The position numbers and the translations under genes are program-made. Below are positions 55,024 to 64,000 of a DNA stretch of 64,000 nt, in pieces (position 1 is the stretch's first letter; each line of letters starts with the position of its first letter). The stretch covers positions 89,838,001 to 89,902,000 of the forward strand of contig OX597816.1 in assembly GCA_951406725.2 (NCBI GenBank). The letters are read 5' to 3'. The notes beneath the pieces were generated by a model, which worked only from the letters and a program-made list of their open reading frames with translations, had not been told where the DNA came from and searched no databases. This DNA comes from Octopus vulgaris (taxonomy: Eukaryota).

Positions 55024-57765
55024 TCTGTTTGAATTTTGCTTTATGTCTGTACAAGTTGGCTCCAAGTCTCACCCAGAGACCTCAAGAGACAACAGGTTGG
55101 AAGTTCTGTGCCATATATTTGGGTTGTTTTTTTTTTTGTGTTGTACTAGTGAATGTCTAATACATAATTTTTTAAAATAAATAAATAAAAATTTTAAAAA
55201 AATAAAGAATAAAAAAAAGTTTGTTTTAAACCTTGGGATTACATAGAGAGTATTTTGCGTAGGATATGAGCAGTTCCCATGAGCACTATCTTTTGAATTT
55301 CTGCCATTTTGGGGTTTCCTGGTATCTGAGTTAGGTAGCAATCACTCCCTTTCGCTATCATTCCCAGGGCACCTATGACAACAGGTATTGTTTTAGTCTT
55401 CAGCTTCCACATTTTGCTGATTTCTATTTCAAGATCTTTATATTTGCTCAGTTTTTGGTAGGTCTTGACAGATACGTTTATATCGATTGGGACAGTCATA
55501 TCAATGAGGAGGCATGTTCTTTGTCTGAAGTCTTTCAATATGATGTCTGGCCTATTTGCATCTATCTTCCTGTCAGTTTGAATGGTGAAGTTCCAGAGGA
55601 GTGAGATGTGGTCATTTTCAAGCACAGGAGGTGGATTGTGTTCCCACCAGTTTTTTTCATGGGGCAAATCCAGGTTTTTGCAAATTACCCAGTGAATATA
55701 TTGTGCAGCTCTATCATGCCTACTGAGGTACTCTGTAGGCGCTAGAAGACTGCATTTGGAGACAACATGGTCAATGGTTTCATTTTGTTGTCGGCATACA
55801 CGACATGTTGGGCTACTGCCGTTCTTTAATGTGTTGGCCTGGTAGTTTCTTGTTGGTAGGCATTGATCTTGAGCTACTATGATAAACCCCTCTGTTTCAG
55901 ATTTTAAGCCAGAGGCCATTAGCCATTGATGGTCAGGGCTTTGTCGATAGCTGCATTATTCGCTCTCTTTTGGGTATTTGCCATAGAGAGGTTTTTCTTG
56001 CCATTTATTATTCAGAATATCTAAGGCCGCAGTTTTGGCACGGGTTTTCATGCGCCTAGCTTTTTCTGTGCTTGTTTTTGGTATGTCTATCTCTAATTCC
56101 GAAATTGGTTGTATTCGGAATTCACTTAGATATTCCTTTACCTGTTTTGTTACTGAGTATGATGCTTTATTATTTTCATGTTTTGAGACAAGTTTTAACA
56201 TCCAGTCCTCAGACTTTTTCATGTAGGTGTCTAGGCCAATTGTAGCAATCTTCATTGTTATTGCCAGTTGCAAAAGACCACGGCCTCCTTCTTTTCTTGG
56301 CAGATAGAGTCGTTCTGTAACTGCCTTAGGGTGGTGCATTCTATGCATTGTCAACAGTTTCCTTATTTTTCTGTCGAGCTGACATATTTCAGTAATTGAC
56401 CAGTTAACAATATTGAAACTGTAAGCCACGACTGGTATGGCTAATGCATTGATCGCTTCGATCCTGTTTCTTGCATTCAGCTCTATCTTGAGTATTGCTC
56501 TCACTCTTCGATAGCATTCTCTCCTGATCCTTTCCTTCATCTCTGAATGCCTTATTCCGTTCCCTTCAATTACCCCTAGGTACTTGTAGCTCTCCGCTGG
56601 GCCTAGTTCTTTTATGACATTCTGCTGGTCAAGGTTAACGTTAGATGTTTCTGTCATTTTTCCTTTGATAAAGGTAGCCTTTGCACATTTATCGAGGCCG
56701 AATTGCATTCTGATGTCGTCACTGAATTGTTTGACTATCGCTAGTAATCCCTTGAGTTGTTGGTCATTTTTTGCAAAAAGCTTTAAATCATCCATGTAAA
56801 TGAGATGATTTATATTTTTATCAAACATTTTATACCCGTACTGCGCGTCATTGAGCAGCTTTGAGAGAGGTATTAAGGATAAACAAAAGAGGAGTGGTGA
56901 CAGTGAGTCACCCTGGAAAATGCCACACGAAATTTTTACATCACCAGCATTTAGGGATTCATTGTCACTGTTCAGAGTTAGTGTGGTTCTCCATGATCTC
57001 ATACTTACAGTCAAGAAGTTTCGCAGAGTAGGTGCTATCTTATACATTTCCAGGCATTTCCTAATCCAGCTATGTGGTAGGCTATCAAAAGCCTTTTTAT
57101 AGTCTATCCAGGCAATTGATAAGTTTTTGTGTCGTTTGTGACAATCTTCTCAGATCATCTTATTGATGAGTAGTTGGTCTTTACAGCCGTAGGATCCACG
57201 TTTACATCCTTTCTGTTCATTAGGGAATATGCTGCTGTCTGTTAAAAAACTATAGGTATATTCCGTCAGGACAGATGTTAGTGTTTTGTACATAGTTGTT
57301 AAGCAGGTTATGGGTCTATAGTTTTTTGGTTCATTTGTTTCTTCACTTTTTGGAAGCAGGAATGTTAACCCATTAACTAGCCAAGGAGGCATCCTACTAG
57401 GATGTTGCAAAACATCATTGTACAGTTCTGTTAGCAGTTCATGGCTCTCTGGGAAGGCATTCAGCCAGAAGTTAGGAATGTTATCCTTTCCTGGAGATTT
57501 CCATTTGCTTCACCTCCTGAGAGCAGATCTTATATCTTCTACCTTGACACCCTCCCATTTTTGCTCTTCTAAGGGGTCCAGTTCTGTAGATATTCTGTCA
57601 ATCCAGGGGGCCTTTTCGTTGTGTGTTTTTTCTTCTGCCCAGATTTTATTCCAAAATCCCTGCACTTCTTCTTTTGATGGTACAGACCTTGCAGTAAACG
57701 CTGTTTTCCTATCCTCCTGTAAAAATTCTTGGTGTTATTTTTGAACATGTTGTTGTCCTTGATCA
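55024..57765 (-). mobile_element. Young 5'-truncated Dong/R4-type non-LTR retrotransposon (RT, CCHC, REL)
   Basis: YRPITCL, GIFQGDSLSP, YMDD, CRVC....ETIDHVVSKC, RPDII...LIDMTVP...K..KY. Few frameshifts. (TTA)n at both ends. Confidence 0.95.
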
Positions 57766-57778
57766 TTATTATTATTAT

Positions 57779-57809
<31 letters not shown>

Positions 57810-58376
57810 TTTTTTCTTCTTTCAAATTTGCTTCCATTTCTTGCCGAGTGTCTTCCCGACTCCTAGGGCAAAGAAACACATAGTATACATTGGTAGGCCA
57901 TTAAACCAAACTCAATAGTTCGTTCATTTTTTTTAAGTTAAATTAAAATACATGAGCAGCAACAGTTCTCACATCGACAATGCTCTTCTCAATACGTGTG
58001 ATGTACCAGTTAACACAATCTTTTGCACTTCTTGCAGGGATGGTAAGCCAGGGATCATTCTCATATAATTTTCGGTTCCCTTCTTGATCATTCCTAGTGC
58101 TCCTACGATCACTGGTATTGTAACCGCCTTGAGATGCCACATTTTCTCAATTTCAATGAGTAGGTCTTTATATTTTCTGAGCTTGTCAAACTCTTTCGCT
58201 GAGATATTATGACCACAGGGGATGCTCATGTCGATCAATAAGCAAACTTTATTGTTTTGGTCTTTCACAACAATATCTGGTTTATTGGCCTTGATGGTTC
58301 GGTCTGTATGTACTGGAAAGTCCCACAGAATCGTTACATTTTCTCCTTCAGTTACAGCCTCAGGGTGGTGATTATA

Positions 58377-58378
<2 letters not shown>
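57810..58378 (-). mobile_element. Dong/R4 3' end, same subfamily as 17075-17548
   Basis: ORF 57969-58475: ILWDF, NKPDIV, LIDMSIP, QKIVLTGT. Confidence 0.9.
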
Positions 58379-58433
<55 letters not shown>

Positions 58434-58435
<2 letters not shown>

Positions 58436-59422
58436 TGTTTGACTTTTGCTTTATGTTTGTACAAGTTGGCTCCAAGTCTCACCCAGAGACCTCAAGAGAC
58501 AACAGGTTGGAAGTTCACGTTGTTGTTATGCCTAGTGTGCCATATATTTGGGGGGTTTTTGTGTTGTACTAGTGAATGTCTAATAAATAATTTTTTTTTT
58601 AAGTTTGTTTTAAACCTTGAGGATATGAGCAGTTCCCATGAGCACTATCTTTTGAATTTCTGCCATTTTGGGGTTTCCTGGTATCTGAGTTAGGTAGCAA
58701 TCAGTCCCTTTCGCTATCATTCCCAGGGCACCTATGACAACAGGTATTGTTTTAGTCTTCAGCTTCCACATTTTGCTGATTTCTTTATATTTGCTCAGTT
58801 TTTGGTAGGTCTTGACAGATACGTTTATATCGATTGGGACAGTCATATCAATGAGGAGACATGTTCTTTGTCTGAAGTCTTTCAATATGATGTCTAGCCT
58901 GTTTGCATCTATCTTTCTGTTAGTTTGAATGGTGAAGTTCCAGAGGAGTGAGATGTGGTCATTTTCAAGCACTGGGGGTGAAATGTGTTCCCACCAGTTT
59001 TTTTCATGGGGCAAATCCAGGTTTTTGCAAATTACCCAGTGAATATATTGTGCAGTTCTATCATGCCTGTTGAGGTACTCTGTAGGCACTAGAAGACTGC
59101 ACTTGGAGACAACATGATCAATGGTTTCATTTTGTTGTCGACATACATGACATGTTGGGCTACTGCCGTTCTTTAATATGTTGGCCTGGTAGTTTCTTGT
59201 TGGTAGGCATTGATCTTGAGCTGCTATGATAAACCCTTCTGTTTCAGATTTTAAGCCAGAGGCCATTAGCCATTGATGGGTCAGGGCTTTGTCGATAGCT
59301 GCATTATTCGCTCTCTTTGGGTATTTGCCATAGAGAGGTTTTTCTCGCCATTTATTATTCAGAATATCTAAGGCCGCAGTTTTGGCACAGGTTTTCATGT
59401 GCTTAGCTTTTTCTGTGCTTGT
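58434..59422 (-). mobile_element. Dong/R4 3' part, near-identical to 55024-56073 but with deletions
   Basis: ORF 58610-59398 nearly matches 55239-55919. Confidence 0.92.
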
Positions 59423-59449
59423 TTCTTCTTCTTCTTCTTCTTCTTCTTC

Positions 59450-59479
<30 letters not shown>

Positions 59480-59483
<4 letters not shown>

Positions 59484-60021
59484 TCAATTCACTGTTTCTA
59501 TACATTAAGTTACTATTTTCTTTGTGGATATTTGCTCTTACTATGCTGCTCTTTTTAACATTTTTGTTTCCCTGTCCATATGCTTGGATGGTGTTATTTC
59601 CTTTGATTCGTTTTCCTTTTCATCGTTATTTACGTTAACTACTCTTGTTTCATTACTGTTAGGTAATAGATTTATGTTATAATTAATCTACTTATCGTAG
59701 AAATGATTTAATCTTTTCGTATTTTGCGCTGCCATTATTTGCACTATGTTCTTTGAATTCGAAAAAGCAATACTTACTAAGTGCAAGTTGAAGATTTTAT
59801 AATACTTGCTGCCTTTAGGAAAATGTTTATTTACTGCCGAATACAATAATTTCGGAATATTCTTGCTAATTTGTTTACCAAATGGGAAAATAAACCATTC
59901 AGTATTATTATTAGCTCTATGTTTATAGAAATTATTGTTATTTATACTAAGGGTGCTCTTCTTACATGTTTTGTCTGTATATTTCTACAGTTTTATCTTA
60001 TATTCGCCATTTGTTATATTG

Positions 60022-60025
<4 letters not shown>
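59480..60025 (-). mobile_element. Penelope-like element, 5' part (post-RT region)
   Basis: WFIFPFGKQISKNIPKLLYSAVNKHFPKGSKYYKIFNLHLVSIAFSNSKNI resembles the PLE motif WFNPPY...KHFP...KIFN...VSYS...N. Confidence 0.7.
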
Positions 60026-60051
<26 letters not shown>

Positions 60052-60052
<1 letters not shown>

Positions 60053-60710
60053 GAGTGAGAGAGCAGTGCATGCCATCAAAGTGACACTGGGGTACAAATA
60101 TACGAAGCCCAATACACCCAACATGACACCCCGTCTGATAAAGGTACACCATGCACATGCATCACAACCATAAGTGCGCGACATGGAGATCTCATATCTA
60201 TATAAACAGCGCATGACCTTGCAGGTTTGGCCCAATTAGAATTTTCTTCGGGTTGAGTAGCCCATCCCACTCAAAAAGGTCCCTGAATAAGGGTTGTTTA
60301 AGGATGTTGAACAAAACACCCATGATTCCAGAGGTGGATTATTCAAACCCCAAAGAATACCTCTCAACACATGGCTATGATGCTCCCCCACTACTTCTGC
60401 TCGTGATCAGAGATGCACATATCGTCAGCCACCAGTTACGACGACGTGGGTCCCAGCTGATACGATCAACAGAACAGCCTGTTCGTGAAATTAACGTACA
60501 AGTGGTTGAGCACTCCACGGATACATGTACCCTTAACGCAACTCTCAGGGGGATTCAGCGTGACACAGACTGTGACAAGGCTGGCCCTTTGAAATACAGG
60601 TACTACTCATTTTTGCCAGCTAAGTGGACTGGAGCAACGTGAAAATAATGTATTGCTCAAGGATGCAACGCGTCGCCGGGTATTGAACTTACGACCTTAC
60701 AATCATTAAC
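60052..60710. mobile_element. Interspersed repeat (as 22035-22575) fused to a SINE (as 6233-6560)
   Basis: Direct sequence matches within the window. Confidence 0.7.
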
Positions 60711-60784
60711 TAGCAGTGTGAAGGCGCATAGTTTAGTGGTTGGGATATTCGGCTCACGATTGTAAGGTCACATATATATTAATT

Positions 60785-61001
60785 GTTTCATTCATAAGCC
60801 TTAGGGCAACTGGAGCGCCACATTCAGGACTTTTAGTCGAATTATTCGACCTCAGTACTTACTTTCTTTAAGCCTGGTACTTATTCTATTGGTCACTTTT
60901 GACGAACCGCTATATTACAGAGATGTAAACATACCAATACCGGTTGTCAAGCGGTGGTGAGGTACAGACACAAAGCACACACACGTGTACAAACACGCAC
61001 A

Positions 61002-61051
<50 letters not shown>

Positions 61052-61200
61052 TGTATACGACGAGCTTCTTTCAGTTTCCACTCACAAGGCTTTGGTCGGA
61101 CGAGGTTAGAGTAGACGACACTTGCCCAATGTACCACGCAATAGGAGTGAACCCAGAACTATATGGTTGGGAATTAAACTTCCTACCACACTGCCACGCC
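60785..61200 (-). mobile_element. tRNA-derived SINE
   Basis: Diverged copy of 1-420. Confidence 0.7.
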
Positions 61201-61342
61201 AGATACATGCCTACATACATACATACTCACATACATACATACATACATACATACATACATACACACGCACACATACATACATACATACATACATACATAC
61301 ATACATACACACGCACACATACATACACACTCACACATACAT

Positions 61343-61379
<37 letters not shown>

Positions 61380-61505
61380 TACATACATACATACATACAT
61401 ACATACATACATACATACATACATACATACATACACTGTACATCCCCATAACGTTAGAAGCATATGATAGTGATGTGTTAAATACAAATTTTAAAAAGTA
61501 CTTAC

Positions 61506-61683
61506 CTGAATGGTAGAAAGTGCCATCTTCTTTGAATGATTGTTCGGGAAGATACGAAGTAACCACTTCTTTTTCGGATTTCATTTTATCAAATGAACAC
61601 ATATCAACAATACCCTTGTTAAGTTGGTCACTGATTGTTCTCCCCAAGAATTTAGCGACACGTGACACTATTTTGGAAAGATC
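61506..61683 (-). CDS. Penultimate exon of a cytosolic sulfotransferase-family gene
   Basis: TTTCACAG acceptor, CAG/GTAAGT donor. DLSKIVSRVAKFLG......IVDMCSFDKMK...TFYHS-G. Confidence 0.9.
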
Positions 61684-62364
61684 CTGTGAAAGATAAATTC
61701 TTAAGCTAAATAGAGGTTCATCATGCACACACAACAATGAATTTCGAAGGACGATCTCTGAAAAGGTGACAAAATTAATTATAACTAAAGTAATTTAAAC
61801 TCAGAATGTAAAAGACTGCAACTAAGAACATTAAGTTGTTTTGTTTGTTTTTTGTAGTTGTTGTTTTTTTTCTTCTACCAAGTCTTTGAGGTTCGACAAT
61901 AAGTACCAGCAGAATAACCACCAAACACAATAAGTAAGTACTGGCGTCGATTCAGAGAGAAACAAATAAAAGGGATGTTGCAAATATTTTATTTACAGCT
62001 GTTTCAAATGTTCTGTGAAAAGTTAACATTACAATTCACATTTAAACGATATATGTATATCGAAACGTGTGTGTGTGTGTCTATGTCTGTGTCCCTCCAC
62101 CCAACATCGCTTGACAAACGATGCTGGTGTGTTTACGTCCCCGTAAATTAGCGGTTCGGCAAAAGACACCGATAGAATAAGTACTGGGGTCGATTTGCTC
62201 GACTAAAGGCGATGCTCCACCATGGCCGCAGTCAAATGACTGAAACAAGTAAAAGAATGAAAGAATATATATATATATAATGTTGCTTATAAGGGGTGGG
62301 GAAACACAACAACAGTACTTCTAAAATAAGAATAGACATGAATGAAAACGGATAACAACACAGA

Positions 62365-62480
62365 AAGAAGAAGAAGAAGAAGAAGAAAAAGAAGAAAAAG
62401 AAGAAGAAGAAGAAGAAGAAGAAGAAGAAGAAGAAGAAGAAGAAGAAGAAGAAGAAGAAGAAGAAGAAGAAGAAGAAGAG
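62365..62480. repeat. (GAA)n microsatellite
   Basis: Seen directly. Confidence 0.95.
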
Positions 62481-62549
62481 AGGCAACAACAACAACAATA
62501 CTATCCCTAAAAATAATGATACTAGTACCCCAAAATAAAATATAAAACA

Positions 62550-62836
62550 TAAAGTCGACCTCGGCGGAATTTGATCTCAGAACGTAGCGACGAGTGAAAT
62601 ACCTATTTCTTTACTACCCACAAGGGGCTAAACACAGAGAGGACAAACTAAGACAGACAAACGGATTAAGTCGATTACATCGACCCCAGTGCGTAACTGG
62701 TGCTTAATTTATCGACCCCGAAGGGATGAAAGGCAAAGTCGACCGTGACGGAATTTGAACTCAGAACGTAGCGGCAGACGAGATACTGTTAAGCATTTCG
62801 CCCGGCGTGCTAATGATTCTGCCAGCTCGCCGCCTT
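62550..62836 (-). mobile_element. SINE
   Basis: Reverse complement of 20197-20500. Confidence 0.8.
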
Positions 62837-64000
62837 GTCTTGGTATAAAAGATGGGCTACCGCAAATATTTTGCTTAATACCACAGATTTGCTTGTCAGT
62901 TGTTTGACCTTAACCAGTTGAGCATGTGCCTTGGTGACTGACGATATGTGCATCTCTGATCACGATCAGAAGTAGTGGGGAGCATCATAGCCATGTGTTG
63001 AGGGCAATTCGTTGGAGTTTGGATAATTCACCTCAAGAAACATGGGTGATTCGTTCAACATCCTTAAACAAGCCTCATTCAGCGACCATTTAAGTGGGAT
63101 GGGTTACTCGACCTGAAGAAAATTCTAACTGGGCCCCACCTGCAAGCATTTCGTTCGGTGCGCTAACAATTCTGCCAGCTCGCCCCCTTCGATAATAGTA
63201 GCACTACTAATAATAATAATAATAATACACATTGTCTTTAAATAAGCAGTGACTCTATAATCATTCAATGCGTGTATATATTTTGGGACACCCTGTGTGT
63301 ATGTATGTATAAATGTATGTGCATTGTGTATTATAATACATACATATATACATACGTGCACATGTGCTATTGTCGACTCGTTTGATGAGTATGGTGATCA
63401 CTGACAAATTATCTTATTTCTGGGAGTTGGTTAGTTTGATGTTTATGAAAATTTGAGTTGCCCATCAATTAGTAAAATGTAATGCCTGAAATCTGAAAGA
63501 TATCGAAGCTCTACATTGCAGAGAATCCAAAGATAACCACGACTGCACTGTTCCTGATCACATGACACTTTCTAAAACAGGACTCGCCATCTATGAAAGG
63601 TCACATACCAGGAGACCAACACAGAGTGCTTATATGCATACATATTCAACATCTCCTTTTATGTCTAAGGGTGTGTTCTAACAGCCGGATTAAAAATTAA
63701 TTTTGAATAAATGCACAAGGATGAAGAAGCGCACAAAATTGTGTGCAAAGATTTGTGACAAACCAACTTAACAAAATCAGAGCTAAACAGTCATTCGAGA
63801 TCTCATTGTAGAAATGGTGCTTGCATGTTTGGAAAAAAGAAAGTGATTATGATCAAAATCGAGTTGATAGCCACAATATGTATATTTTTACGCATTTATA
63901 TCGTGCTCCTTTTAATGTCCTGCAACGTGTTGGTTCGTCAAACAGTATTCAGTAAAGTATGTACTTAGAAAAGTGCATGTATTGAATAAAGTTTTATCAT

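Noticed and set aside
60719-60770. tRNA-like sequence (also ~6490-6560, 28730-28790, 54375-54440)
   Set aside because: SINE heads with no complete cloverleaf.

Overview
AT-rich, repeat-dense eukaryotic genomic DNA. The SINE families and the (TA)n/(TACA)n/(TAA)n microsatellites look like octopus (cephalopod); this is recognition from memory, not a search result. Three spliced genes can be reconstructed by hand from GT-AG boundaries and frame continuity. (1) The 3' part of a + strand extracellular gene with C8, TIL, EGF-like, two Pro-rich micro-exons and two PAN/apple domains (zonadhesin/IgGFc-binding-protein-like), about 6979-27411. (2) A convergent - strand VWA-domain gene lacking the MIDAS motif, about 41869-37888. 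(3) The last two exons of a - strand cytosolic sulfotransferase with a degenerate RKG...GDW motif, 61683-52858. The rest is transposon debris: Penelope-like elements, about ten (TAA)n-associated Dong/R4-type non-LTR fragments, a full-length decayed Gypsy with LTRs and TSD, two mariners, a Tigger, a composite Helitron with a ~166-bp tandem array, RTE/CR1 LINE pieces, MITEs and SINEs. The most notable non-coding structure is at 2416-3594. It is a tandem-plus-inverted repeat carrying two type-I hammerhead ribozyme motifs 563 nt apart, a retrozyme/Penelope pLTR-like unit that could release a circular RNA. Most long ORFs in the supplied track are microsatellite artefacts.
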